Below are positions 1 through 14,173 of a stretch of 41,427 nucleotides of DNA, piece by piece. Under the pieces are notes generated by a model. It searched no databases, was not told where the DNA came from, and worked only from the letters and a program-made list of their open reading frames with translations. Within the stretch, counting starts at the first letter, position 1, and each line of letters starts with the position of its first letter. The position numbers were made by a program, and so were the translations under genes. Source of the stretch: Catajapyx aquilonaris (lineage: Eukaryota); assembly GCA_000934665.2 (NCBI GenBank), contig JYFJ02000887.1:62001-103427 (forward strand). Direction: 5' to 3'.

Positions 1-1363
1 GGCTGATATCGAGGGCTTTAATAATCGCTGACCCTTCGTAAAGGGTGCGCCCACTGCATGCTCATGACAACTGCTGACTAAAAATCCTCAATCATCATGT
101 GACATCCAGGTGCAAATCCTGCCACATAAGACTACTGGCGAATAAATTCCCCGCCGCATGTCATAACTCATTCCTGGAATGTACGGTACCACCCTGTACA
201 GTCATCCCCTGATAACATTTCCACACTCTGCGCATTGATTTTTACCACGGTATTTGCTGAAGCATAAATATGCAAATTATACCGACACTAAACCACGCCA
301 AAAAAATCCGACAGCCACAAAAAAAAGCGGTCTTAAGTACCCACAAGTAGAGAGCATTATTAATATTTGCGCATGGGATGTCTGTATCCGGGCCGTTCCT
401 CCTCCTCTTCCGCCCCGCCGGTTCCGGTCCGCCGCCCCCTAACACCCATCCAAATATTCGCAACAACTTAATTTGCGCCAAAACATTTCTTTTTCTTTTT
501 CTGAAACCATCTCAACTGTGCCCGTACGAACAAGGGACCGCAAGATTGAGCAATCCCTCCACTATTGTGAAGATGACTTCAGACCCCAGTGTATATAATT
601 AGGGGGCCTCTCTCTTGGTTTAGTCTTAACACTCCCGAGTTCGCGTGATGGCAGCGCCAACTCGGTTCTCACGTGATGGTTCGAGGATGTCAGGTTCGCG
701 TCAGATCGACACACAGATTGTCGTGTGCAGCTTCCATTTTGGAGGCTCGCTGCTGTCAGGGGGCTTCCAAGGTACCTTTGGATCGTGCACGCCACGGTGA
801 ATACCCTCCTATGATACATTTTCAGCGATCTATCTTTTATATTTCGCCTGCTGGTCAAACATGCTCTTTGCTTGCCATTTTGACGAAGTGTCATCGCGTG
901 CATGACACGTCCTATCCAACCGGAAACCTCTTACTTTGTAACGGCTCTGAGTATTTATTCTGTTACAATTTGTTGAGCACAATTGGAGCAGTAGCGTCTC
1001 CAAATATGTCAAAAGACTTCATCATAAAGGCCCCTCCTTTTCCTTGCACTTGATACTGCATGCCAATACATTTATACTGTATACAAACGCGGGCATCGCA
1101 TGCGCCAATATAATGATAGACTATTGTGGGCAGGTGAACCTGGTCGCGTGAAGGCCAAGAACACCCCATCGGTGAATGACACCTCGCTTTTCAAATATCT
1201 TTTCATTATTTTCTTTTCAGTGTCCACCCCCTCGCCAGCCGCCCACCCGCCATCTCACAATTATTGTCTGCCTTTCTGGCTGCCACCGACACTAATATTC
1301 CTCCAGGTTGGACACCCCGGTTAATTTCAATCGACATAGGTATCCCCCCCCAATCCTCCCCTG

Positions 1364-1404
1364 ACACACACACACACTCTCTCTCCCTCCCTCCCTCTCT
1401 CTCT
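1364..1404. repeat. Compound (AC)n/(CT)n microsatellite
   Basis: acacacacacacac followed by tctctctccctccctccctctctctct. Confidence 0.85.
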
Positions 1405-4400
1405 ATCGATTTGTGGACTTTGCGGCATTGGATTGGGGCACTTCGCAAGGGGGTGGTGGTTGCTGGATAAGGTCATCGAAACTACCCCTCAAGGTTACCA
1501 AAGCGCAGGACTCATGGATTTCCAACAGATGGAAACCCTCAATGTATGTCCTGGCTCAAAAGCTAGTAGCAGAGAGGTGTTGCCGAGGTATGCTGGAAGG
1601 TTTTGGCGATAAGAGAGGCGGTACACGGGGTGACGTAATTGTGCATGCGGACCTTGAACAAGCCAAGGGAAAGCAACAGGCATGCACAGCACTCCCACAG
1701 TACAGACAACCTCAAAACCGCTCGCAACTGCCTTCTTTGCGGCCCTCTCTGTATTGCAGCTCCAAACACCCCCCAATTAATTGTCATTGCCGGGTTTACA
1801 ACACTAATTGGCTCCATTCGTTGCACTCGGGACTCATTTTTCTTTCATTTTCTCTGACAGCCCTTCATCCTATGGTTTTGGTTCCACTCCACGATCATTA
1901 CGATGCTACAAAAGTACGCCTTCTGCTGCTCTCTGATACTAAGTTGTAACATATTGCGCCCGACATACAAAGTCCACTGAGGCTGCACCAGAGCAATAAC
2001 TAGGATTTCATTTTAAAACAGACTCGACTTTCTAAACAAAGTCATAAATACTTCAGGACCGGAGATCTTCACTACATTGTTACATGGCATGTCACACATC
2101 TGGAATGTCGAAGTATTCATGCTTCCTTGGGGGGGGATAAAATGTTCAGAATGTAAAAGGTTCCTATACTCGTGCATGCCCACCACTTTCAGTAAGATAT
2201 CGACCATCAACAGTGTAATTGTGCATTGTGCAAGCGTACCTCCATATTGTTTCATTTAGCAATGTTTCCCTGCTGGATATCGGAACGTGTATGAAATACA
2301 TGAAAATTCACTGGCAGCCTCGTATAATTGTCACCTCGAAATTTGAAGCCAGATGTGCATGTAACTGGTTTTAAAATGAGTTGAGCGATAAACACAACAC
2401 AGGAAATGAGGACCTGCAAAGCCCCTGTAATCAATTAAATCGGAGCAACTAACAAGTGCATAGTTGTGCATGTGTAAACAATCGGCGAGACCCGGAGCCA
2501 CATCATACACACTCGCACATGGTTCGGGGTGAATGCACACCAATCGGGACGCAAGCGCCAGGCCACCCAACAGGAATTTCCCACCTGTTGGGCTTGGGGA
2601 TTGTTTGCAAAACATGCTGCACCACACACTCTCGCATATACGTGATGCCAGAAACCAACCAGCCCAACCAAACCCTCCTTTCCCTTGTAAAACGACGATC
2701 CCGTTTCGCTCAATGAAGATCCATGGTCGGGGCATCTTCCGGACACGGTCCAGGCCACGAATTGCCTAATTGAAACTGACTTAACATCCGGCCGACACGG
2801 CTTTGCCTTCTCGCCCAATCAAATCTGCATGAGGCCGTCCTTTGACTTTAAGGTACGCTCCAGAAATGTGAGTCTGAAACACAGGCTCAAGACACTGGAA
2901 AAGGATGTTCAGCAAAAATTCATGGACTCAAAGTCGATAGTTTTGAATGATGTGTAATCATTACGTTATGAATGTCTTCTGTGCTGACAACAGAAGATCC
3001 CTCCCCGCATTTGGCGTGTTACCCATACCAGCCCATACTGAAGGATATCATCTATACGAGGTTGAATTCGGCCCGGGCCATTAAATTCAGGCACAATTTC
3101 GGTTGCTCTACCATCTACATATACCAAGAAATAAAGGGGCGGTTGTTCAAGCATTACAGTTGCTTTCTTTCAGAACCATGTGATCCCCAGTTCCCCACCT
3201 TCGTCCCTCCAGGCCATTTACGAGGGCAATCAAAGCTCCAGAGAAACAATACGTCTGGGGAAGCTCACAGAAATGGGCATCATTATCACACCTTCCCGAA
3301 CAAGAACTGCCGAGACGAGTCCACGGCTATAGAAATCCAGCCATTAATAATATTACAACGATGAAATTTTATACTGTACGGGATAATTTTAACAAAAGCA
3401 CAAAGTAAACCCTGCCGATAGTTCCAGCTGATGGTCGACGCCCCTGAATGTGTTCCGAAAGTGCTCGTTAGGGACTATCATGTGCACCAACACCATAACA
3501 TACTCCTTATATCGTAAATGTCTGCAGTCTACATATCACACTCATTTACGCCCTTTTTAGTGCCATCACTACTTGTCAATTTCACGGACCAGATAGCGGC
3601 TCTGTTTACATAGGTTCTCCAAGACTTGAAAGATCACCGATGACATTGGCAGCACATTCTAACCTAGTGTATACTCTTACGGAATGCCAAACTATTTTCT
3701 TTTTTTAAAAAGGGAAAAAACTCGTTCCTTCTATATGTTCCAACTGGAAGTGCAAGCTCATGTGCAATCCCCCATATGTATAAAAAAAACACCCGCAATC
3801 AAAATCTCCTTTGACACCCAAAAAAATAACAAAGAAGCAACTATCCGGGTGACTCAGTGGATCTTTAAGAGGCACTCTGCAGAGTAGGGTCATTACAGAT
3901 AAATTGGAACCTTCCGGGTCTTTTAATTGCTTGGCCATACTGGAAAAAAGCACGCGCTAATAGAATCCAGTGCATACTAGCACTCAGCCATCAAGCAGCA
4001 TAAATAATGAACAAGAATCTTGCGCGCATGCGGAATAAACTGCATCATTTATATGATGAAACTACCTCATTAACATAAGCATATTCTTGCACACAAGGTA
4101 CCAACAACGAAGAATACTGACACTGAGTATGAGCAAATTATTGCCGTATGCAAAGCTTGAAAGCGAAACTTGATGAAAACGAGGAGTAACATGGCTGCAC
4201 ATAGCCTAATTGGTCAAGTATAGGGCTGAATGAAAAAAAGTATAGGCCGCTTGGTTGGGTAACGGCAGCTGAGAAAAGAACCGCAAGTGGAACCGACTAA
4301 CTAATCAAGCCTGGTTGTTTACTGCTCCTTCCAGAAAATATCCTTATTAGCGGATTCGTTAGGGAAAATAGCGTGCACATTCACAGGCCACGGAAACATC

Positions 4401-6540
4401 AAAGTTAATCAACTCTATATATGGAGGTATACAGTATTTGTAGGGGCGGATTTAGCAGCATCAACTGGAAGCGAGGTGATTGCTTCACGATCAACTTCGC
4501 TGCTCAAAATACTCGCTTTTTCTATCGGATTCTTCAAGTGATAACTTATCACAATTTCGAGGTTCCCTGCAAGGTGCTAGATAGCGCGCTGACATTTGAT
4601 GGCTTGCATCAATTTCTCAAATTCTAACATGGCGGTTAAGGGGATTTAGGATCCTAAGCAAGTTTTGCGAATGCCTGTACCCTCATGAGATGGACGAGGT
4701 TAGAACCATCCGGCCGTTAGCCTGGAGGCGGCAGGAAGAAAATCAAAATATGTTTACACCTGTGGTCAAAAACTAGATCGATAAATTATTCCATTTCTTC
4801 ACCACTCCTTCTGAATCTCCTGACGGGTGCTAAACATTTGACAGTTATGAGTGAAGCGCTACATCCTAAAATCCGGTCAGTCCACTTTCATCAGCCCCAA
4901 CCAAGAGAAGAAATCAGATTTGATTGTACACCAACAGATATTATGATAAGCGTAATGTGCAGAGTGAATTAACGACACCGCTGCCAACACTACCATTTAA
5001 ACATCACAGTCGCCATTACATTTATGCAAGAAAAACACACCTTTCGGCTACACAACTAGCCAAAGTTTACCTGTGTACCTTTACCTAACCTACGCAAACC
5101 GTTCCCATACTGAACACACCAGGTCCATCCAGCTGCAACACCCGCCCGTCAGCAGCATTTAAAAACCTGAGAAAGCCGTCCTTTCCGACAGATGTTCCAA
5201 AGCCTTATTTTTAAAAACCTCTCAACAAGGTCATTTCAATAAGGCCTCCCCCGGTGGTCGTAAATCACCGTTTGCTCCTCACTTCAATCCCAGAATCAAC
5301 ATACTGTACTGGCAAACAGCAGCAGCCTGGGCCACCACGAACACTAAAAACCCGGAGGTGCAAGGCAGCAAGCTCCAGGCAGACGGGAAGGAAATGGCCG
5401 GAATCAAATTCCTCCAAAGCTGGTTGCCGCTTCCTCTCTCCAAAATGGAACTTCCTCCGACTACAAGAGAGACCTCACCTAAAGGATTTTTCTTCCTTCC
5501 TCGGTTCCTCCACCCCCTTCCCCCCCCCCCCCCACACACACAAATCCTGCCCCAACCCCAACCAGTTTCTCCCATTCCATATTGAACAACAATGCATTTA
5601 TCTCCTATGCAAAACAGGGCACTAGTATTGACTGGTAATGCACAACCGCTAATGCCGTATATACCTGCGGGTGGCCCGTAATTACAGAGCCGCGAACCTT
5701 TTCCCACGGCCAGAGGAAGAGGCCCGTAGCCAGGTGTTGAAAATTCCACTAACCTACCCGAAACGTGGCCAAGTGGACCCGGTCATGTGCGGCTGCACTC
5801 TCGGGGCGTGCAAATTGGCCGCCATATTCTAGCAGCCTTGCCATCTACAGGGGGTGGGGAAAACCCCCCATTTCTCTCAATGTAGAAGGGCAATGTTTCA
5901 AATACATCTCGCTTCAACCAGCAGGCCAATAAATTAAGTTAAATTAAATACAAATAAAGCGCATTATATTTTTCAACTCGTTATGCCCTCAAGGTATACT
6001 GTACAGTGTACTTGTCCGTCCGGAAATCAATATAGATGCTGTTTTTTTTACCCCCGAGGATTTTTATGGAGTCGGGCCAGACATATAGTTAATTTTACTC
6101 CCGGATTTTTTTATTGCTAGGTTGCCACCTCTTTCCCACACCATTCAACTGATCCCGACTGATCCACTTGGGCCGGGGCGGATAAACCAAAAACTTGACT
6201 CACTGCACAAAGATTCTTTACATAACGAAAGTTATGCAAACACTACAGCTGCAACGTTCTTTATTGCCAATTAAATTTCGCCCGGATATATTTTCCTTCG
6301 CAAGTGAACCTCAACGTCGAAGAAAACGCCTCTGCATTTGTCATTTTTCTCATTAAAACCCGTTGGCTCCCTCCGTTAGGAAACGCCGTATTTCGGGAAG
6401 CACATTGGGGAGCTATAACAGGCCTGCAAAGTATTCTCTCATTTCAATGCAAAGAACTAGTGACGCCACGTACAAGATGTCCTTTGATATTGTACATCCT
6501 TCTTTATGCAATGTGCGCCGCAACAGCTGAGGCATATAGG

Positions 6541-6564
6541 ACTCACCTGCAAAATAAGCGAGGG
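6541..6564 (-). other. Candidate recursive splice site (ratchet point), junction 6547|6546
   Basis: Minus strand reads ccctcgcttattttgcAG|GTGAGT: pyrimidine-rich acceptor fused to a perfect donor consensus. Confidence 0.65.
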
Positions 6565-9500
6565 TCTTCTAGGTTTAATGAAGCGCTGCTTAATGTTCCA
6601 CATGCGTCAGTGCTGCACTACCAACGCGGGACATAATAAATTTTGCATTACCCACATTCAGCTGGTGTCCACTGATGAATAACGTGGAAAATGTAGCCTC
6701 GTCGTCGGACAAGTAAGAGGAAATTAGGGCAAAGTCCGCAACGCATGCAAACCCCAAAATGAAACCATTTTTACTTGGAAGCGTCAGGAGAAAATTCCCT
6801 ACTTATAATCCCTGTTTATCGCGGATTTTCGTATTCAGGTCACCGTCGAAATACCCACAGGAAGTACCTCATCAACGAAAAAAAAACGCATGCAATGGCA
6901 CTAAGTTGCACGTTAAGATGCTCATGATGAAATTATTGCAAACATTAACATTAAGCAGGCTGCAAGTAATCCATACTTTAAGGGGACTCCAATTTTTTAT
7001 ATAAAAAACCGTTCATTGTATAGTATATATAGGCACAACTTGCTGACATGGTGCTACAGTAAGGCCTGACTAAACCGTTCCACAGTTCTAGCCTTCACAC
7101 TCATTTCACTTCGTGTAGAAAAAGCATGGTCACGTTACCCCGTTCCGGTGGAAAATGCATTACAGTCCCAAACGCTACAACTATGGGTGAGCTTGATGCA
7201 GGTCCACTGCGACTTGAACATTACATTTAAGCAAGTTATCTCAAACAAGTTCATATTTGAAAGCAGTACTTAGTTATAGATATACCGTTGCACAGTATGA
7301 AACACCATATTCGCTCGGCAGCCAATAGCAAAAAGGGTGTGGGCAGAAGAAGGAGTCGTAATCGAACCTTTTCCTTATTGGATTGCCTGTCTATTTCTGT
7401 TATCCAATGGATTTGTGACAAGGGGCAATTTTGTCGGGAGCTATCATTTTCCACGGTGGGAAAAAAAGTATCGACAGAGAATGGCAGGGCACTCTCGGTG
7501 TAACAACTTTCAGAGTGCCTTTTGCCTCGTGCTTATGCCCGCCTTTTGTCGGTAGTCTTGCTCAAGAACCCAACATAGGTGTCAAATTTTTGTATCGGTC
7601 CCAAGGTAATGGCTCTTCGCCAAATTCCCAGACCGAATCATCGTGGGAGGGAATATGTTGACTAGCCTTCTTGGAGACCCGACTTGACATCTTTGAATTT
7701 TTCTACATGGGTGTTTGCAGATGAAAGCCATGCCTGCTCTACTACCAAAAAATTGCGCTGCTTCAAATCTGCCGTTGACAGTCTGAAGTGGAGAGAGCAA
7801 TGTCTCAAGGCTGCAATGCCAGTGTCAAGTATTCAACTTTCCATTAGGATTAGACTTGTGGAGTAACTAAATTGGCCATAAGAGTTCGTGTGTTCAATTA
7901 AATTTCTCTCGTACTTTTAAAAAAGCTATTAATTTTCATGCTACCATCAATATACAGGCCTACCTGCGCAGTCATACACTGGGAGATAATGTCTGTAACA
8001 GCCGGCAGAAGAAACAGACGCAAAATTTTTGAAGTCCTGGTTACATTGAGAATTGCATTTGCATGTTTTCATGAAAATTGCTCCACTCCATATAAAATGC
8101 CGTCTCCGAAATGACTCACGTGGAACACCAGTCCAATCCGGATTTTCCCTATACAGAGTGAAGCAATAAAATGTATGTTTCCAACCTTGATGCAAACATC
8201 ATCTTTATGGGACTTGCGGGTTAGCAACCCCCTCGGGGTAGAACGAAGCCAACTCCCTCACCCATTTTCAGGCCTTTCTCCGCCACAATAGACACCCGCA
8301 GGCATATGCTAGGCTTCCCTTTTGTCCCCATAGGTATCGCACAAAGAAGCTCAGATGGAAAGTAATGATTGGGAAGCTGAAGGAGCTGGCGGTTCCTTCT
8401 TCCCCCCAATCAGTCTCAAATTGGTAATAACATTGTGTGGTAATGAATATGGGCATGCCGGCACATCCCGCTCCTAAAAATAAATTCCCTCCGGATTCGG
8501 AACAAATTATATCGCACTGCACGGCGACAAGCTGGCAGCCAACTTCATCGCCGACCATCAATATGTACAGAGGCGTGTATTGTTGAGATTATCATAGCAA
8601 AGGGTGTGCCAAATATTAGCATTTCAAGCGCCCATACTTTGTACGCCCACAGTATTACTTCGCGCGCTTTACAATTTTGCCAATAAAAAGCCAAAATATG
8701 TTGGAATAAAAGCGAGCATATATAGGTATTGCCTTCCACTTTGAACACCGAGCCAGGCGAATTATAAAATTTTCCTGCCACTATTAACCAATTACACCAG
8801 GTTTCGAAATCCGCTGCCTATCCTCCAGCAACTATCCCTGGTCCGGCCCTGCAGTGAAACATGTTTAATTGTCTTGGGATTTATTGCTCTCCGAGACGCA
8901 TTCCTCTGTATGCGGGACCTAGGAAGCTGGCTCCTGTCCACTGTCACTCGCAAATTACGATCGTGACCAGCCTAAAAAATGAACGTGAGTTGTAAAATGC
9001 GAATAATTATGCGCGGCCAGTAATACCAGGGATTTAATTTGGTTCTCAATAGTACAATAAAAATATATTAAGGAATACATATAGAATTCTGAGACTTCGT
9101 GGCGCCATAGTTTAAATGCCCTTCCACCATTTAAAGAATCCATTCCTGTGTTCAATGATCTACACCGATCCAATACTTATGCAATGGCCATGTCACCGAG
9201 TTCATCCGAGATTCCTCCTGATTCATTCCCCTCCCCTACAGTGAAGGCGACAATGACGAGGCTCATTTCCTCTCTCTTGTCTGACTGCCCTGTTCCCATC
9301 GACAAAGAGAAGTTGGACGCTCGGACAAGTTTGCACCTCCAACAAGAATCGGCAGTAGGACCAGTGGTTTGTATATGTGTGGGGATGGGAGTTCAACTGG
9401 GAAGTACAAGGGCGCTCAAAAGAGAAGGCGTTCACATGCGTGGATGGTGATGCAAAAGAGCATGAAAGTCGCTTTGTTCCCAACAAAGACCTGACAATAA

Positions 9501-10711
9501 AGGGAACCCGTTCTGGTTTCGATCATCCCTCACGAAAATTAGCTTCTTATTTTGGACCTTTTTTTGCATGCTAATTTCCACTTTTATGAGAATTCCACGG
9601 TACGATACGCCATTTTCAGAAGAATGCCTGGAGACGCTGTTTTTTTCTCTATTTTTTTCTTTCCTATACTCTCCTCCCAGTGTGGTGTTTCGTGATAATA
9701 AAAACCCATGTCATTGTATGATTGGCAAAAAATGCAGTCTAAGCTTTAGAGTTTAGACATTACTCATACAATGTTATGTAATAATTAATATGGTGTATAA
9801 AACTGCACAGCCACGGTTATAAACGTCCAGCCTTTAATAGCCACCAAATATACCGATCAGTACCATCCCATTTGACCCATATTAAGAAAGAGCATGAACC
9901 TCCCGCAGATAGCTCACAGGATCAAAGACCTTAGAAGGACGCATACATTTGGTTCCCTTATCAGTTGTGTATTTGCCGTAACGAAACCCCACTATATTAA
10001 GCCTGTATAACATCCCTAAATATCTCCTGATACTGATGAGTGCGTATATGCAGGACACGCAACTTCAGGCAAGTCTTACTGAATACTTACTTCATCAGTA
10101 TTCTTAGTTCCTGCTTACATTTTTATCACTCCCGGTGACCAGGCCACAGAACCGGTGACTGATGTTAATTTCTAATTTAATATTGAATGAATATTAATCA
10201 ACTTCTCAGCTGCCCTGCAGGTCACATTAGAATTTATAGTCTTGCAAGAAATCTATCGCTATTTGTGTTTCTCTCTCGGTATAGTAAATTAATGAATATG
10301 GTCGCACCATCCATTTTTTTGTAAGCTTTTAATCCACACAACAGCACTTCAAAACCCACAAAAACTGTGACAGCATCTTGATCAACCCTCCATCACTTCT
10401 TCAATAGTGCATGATGGACACGCGGATTTCGAAGTGAGCGGTTCCATGTCCTAGCTGCCAGAATAAACTCCAAATACCAGAAATCCTAACTCAAATCTGG
10501 ACACGCATAATTCCTCCCAGGTGGAAACTCCAGTCTTCGCGCATCTAACACTCATCAAGGCGACACCGAAACTTCAGAGATAGAAACCTAAAACCCACGT
10601 CCACGGAGAAGGATGGCCAGCCCGGTATCCGATGATCTTACTTTCTAAGTGGTCGGGGTCGCAACTCATTCTGTATGTAGCAACACTCGGTGCAGTTCAC
10701 GGACGCTGATT

Positions 10712-10731
10712 GCTTACCTGTAAACAAAAGT
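10712..10731 (-). other. Candidate recursive splice site, junction 10718|10717
   Basis: Minus strand reads acttttgtttacAG|GTAAGC. A second donor AAA|GTAAGA lies 76 nt downstream (10642|10641). Confidence 0.65.
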
Positions 10732-11271
10732 GTATATATACATGCGAGTTCAATGCGAACTCAGCACGTCACACGTCGCATACATCATTGATTGCCGCTC
10801 TCATCTCCTATACGGGCATTATTTTAGGCGACTGCCAGTGTCGAGCGCAATGACACGTTTCATCGTATTAAAAAAAAAAATATATGAAAGAGATTGGATG
10901 GTGCAGGGAGGTGGGATGGGGGGTGAGCTGGTGTCGGTTTCTCATTTCCTTCCAATCGAACTGAATCCATTGTTATGCTAATTGTCGCACAATGCCGTCA
11001 CGCTTTTTACAGCTGTGTATACGGTTATACAGTGAAGCTACTTCGTGCTCCGGTTGCAGCAGTAAAAACGATCAAATCATTAAACTCCCAGCAATCGTGC
11101 GCCAAACATGTGGCATTACAATCCGAATCACTGCATTACAAAATTTACCAAATTGCTCAATTCTATGCCAGCCGATTCACCGGAGGTTTCTTCATGTTTC
11201 CTGTGTATGAGATTATTTTGCGATAACTAATCGAAACAAACGTATCGCCACATATACCGAGATTACCAACA

Positions 11272-11279
11272 TGACGTCA
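11272..11279. promoter_or_regulatory. Full CRE/ATF palindrome TGACGTCA
   Basis: atgacgtcat; exact match. Confidence 0.3.
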
Positions 11280-12132
11280 TACGCTTACTGTACGGCCATC
11301 ATAATAGCAACAACTCCTGAAAGAGTGGTGCTTTCATGCGACAATTTACTATCAGGTTCGCACCCTGAAGTAGTTTTACATCTCAATTACAGATCGGTGA
11401 ATATGGCACCACGAAACAAAAGCTCAATGCAAATATATAACTGGTAACAACAAGATCCGCGGATTAGATATTATGCCTTTGCCAAACAATCGCTTTATAC
11501 GGATAACGAGCTGGAAATTCATATTATTATCTATTACAGCCATCACGGTACCGGCACCATATTTATAATTCCAGAACCGGTATTTTTCCCTACGTGGCAT
11601 AAAACCTCAAAATCACCACTTAAAAGCCCACCTCGGATTTGCACATGACCGTTCAATTGTGACAATGTATTGGCCACCCCCACAGCCTAAACCCGGCTCC
11701 TTCCATCCCCAAAAAAGTGCAGATAAAGGCAGTGGGGCTCCAGCCGTGACCCTCTTGCCTCCCTCCCTGTGGAAGGTTAGACTTCTAGCACCGCGTCACG
11801 ATCTGCACGGCCGGTGAAGCTTCCACCGCGCCCAGCGGTTGCAGCCTTCACCTGCGTGTGAAGTCATTCCCACTCCCTGTGCACCGCCGGGTCCTTACTC
11901 CAAAAGGGGACACATCTCCCCGGGGGGTAACGCCCGCTACACCGCCAAAATCAATCCCTCAACAATTTTTGCACCTGTCCGAGAAGCTGACCGATTGCCC
12001 CACAGGCTCATTGTTTCTCGCAACAAGACATGGAGGGATGCACACATGTGCGAGGGAGGGGGAGAGGAAATTATGTAGAAGTAACGGAGCTGCCGATGCT
12101 GCAGCAGGAAAAGGGTGTGGCACCTCCCCCCT

Positions 12133-12154
12133 ACACACACATACACACACACAT
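12133..12154. repeat. Imperfect (AC)n microsatellite
   Basis: acacacacatacacacacacat. Confidence 0.75.
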
Positions 12155-13340
12155 ACGTGTATCCAGCAGGCGGGGTTCGAACCCATCCCACGTCTTCTTG
12201 TTATTCACCCCGCGGCGGCTCAATTGCTATGCTGTACAACTTGTTTTTATCGGCAGTTTTCGTTTCATGCCGCGGTTTATTTCAGGAGACGTCCTGCGGG
12301 GGTACAAAATCAGGCCGTTTTGTGTGCTGCCACGTTTCAAAAATGCTACACTCATCAGCAATAGTGTCATTACGTGCTTCTTTCATGTGTGTCGCTGGAA
12401 ATAATAGCCGCGTTTTTATTTCGCGGAAAAAAAATTATGTATGTTGATTCATCTCAAAGCTGTTTTACGAGCCTGATTGGCTTTTCCAGTGTTCCAGTGT
12501 GTGGATGACGTGCGATGAAATAATTCGGTAATTTAGCAGGCGGAGTTCCGGAGAAGCAAGTGGCCAACAAGAATACGGAGGGGGTGGAGGAGGAGGGGGG
12601 TTTCGAATCCCGTTACTAACACTCCCCCTTCCCCTTTCCAAACCTGGTCTCCCCCCTACCTCCATTCCGACCCCCCATCCCAGTACGCGGGGGGGTCGAA
12701 ACGTGACTTCCCTTCCGATGGACCGCCAACAAACCCGTTTGGATACCCCAAAACTCATTCACGCCCCTTTGCATCCACCGAGCTCCGGACTCCCCATTTC
12801 CCCCCTTCTTATTCCTCCCCCATAGTATTATCCCAACTGACTTGATGGATCGTGTGTTACGTCCGTGAACGTTGGTTCAACAGAGTGAACCACAAGTCGC
12901 CAAACCGAACGTGCAGACTGTACGTTTAGTCTCCACCACATGCATACACCCAGCGCGCAAGCATCTGCCAATCAACGCTACATCTCACTGCATTAAAAAT
13001 AGGAACCAGCATCAATCATATCGCACCATCACCTCGCAAACATCAACAATAACATAGCGGTAAAATACTCGTGCCGATGATGCCGAATATTACAAAAATG
13101 TACTAATCCAACTCGGTTTAAAAAAGGGGGCTGTCTTAATAATAAATATGTAAATAAATTTATCCCAGCAATCCAGCATGCAACAACAGCAGAAGGTGAT
13201 TGCATGCTTGGAGAAAACCATGCAGCACACACATTTCCTTTCGACGTCTAGCCATTTCGATTGCGTATATCAACACCGCTCCACTCCCTTCTATCTAAAT
13301 AACGCACGCTAGCAAATCGCCTTCAAGTCGTCACGTCTCC

Positions 13341-13348
13341 TGACGTCA
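13341..13348. promoter_or_regulatory. Full CRE/ATF palindrome TGACGTCA
   Basis: Exact match, with an adjacent half site (cgtcac) about 10 bp upstream. Confidence 0.3.
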
Positions 13349-14154
13349 CAATCGCTCTGCTACAGGCCTCGGTTCGCACGTCTCCAGCCAAATGATTTCT
13401 TCCACTCGGCTGGACACCATATAAACGGACAGAAATCCCATCTTCGCCAGTGCAGAATCCCAACTTCTGTTACGGCAACCACTCCTCAGCCTGGCCAAGA
13501 ACCGGTTCCCCCACAAAAACGGGTGGACGGGGGGATAAACGGCAACAATCCGCAGGTACTACGGTATATTTCGCTTGTACACTTTTTTTCCGACATATTC
13601 GGCAGAAATTCTGTCAACAAGCGATGGGAAGGAGCCCTGGCAAGGGGGAAAGAGGTCAACCATGGATTGCGTCAAAAGGTGGAGGAGGAGGTAGTGGAGG
13701 GGAAATATGGGTGACGGTTGCGTGAACGGAGCGGGGGGAGGGGGGGGGGAATCTGTTGGAAGGGTTCAGAAACCCCAGGCTCAAGGTAGAACAGCAGCTG
13801 TTGCCATTCTGTGCTGTGGAAACCGGCATGCCATATAATTCTACCACTCGGTAAATATGTGCACAGCAGCCGCTCTATCCCGCAGCCATAATGAAGCAGC
13901 ACACCCCGTGGGATAAGACTTCTAAGCGCGAAAAGGTGCGCAAAATGCAAATGGCCCCAGATCATTTACATCCACCTTTTGTGGCGGGGTTGTGTTCGGC
14001 GTTACACAATGCGGCTCTCCGTAGCTAATATTACACTCCAAGGAGTGCATGATGTACCCAATTGCGCAGAGGGGGCCGGAGAGCGGGGCAGTGGTGGTGG
14101 TTCCGGTGCCCCATTTTTTTTTTATTAAAAAAAAAGGATGCGCCAACAATGCCA

Positions 14155-14173
14155 GGGGCGGGCGTGACGTCAC
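14155..14173. promoter_or_regulatory. GC box abutting a full CRE palindrome
   Basis: aggggcgggcgTGACGTCAc. Confidence 0.35.

Noticed and set aside
5473..5490. Minus-strand TAG|GTGAGG (similarly TAG|GTGAGA at ~26958)
   Set aside because: Upstream sequence is purine-rich with no usable pyrimidine tract
9148..9450. Ser/Pro-rich ORF (MSPSSSEIPPDSFPSP...) that looks vaguely protein-like
   Set aside because: No family recognised, no good splice sites, and opposite to the inferred host strand
12171..12190. Isolated B-box-like GGTTCGAACCC
   Set aside because: No A box or cloverleaf on either strand
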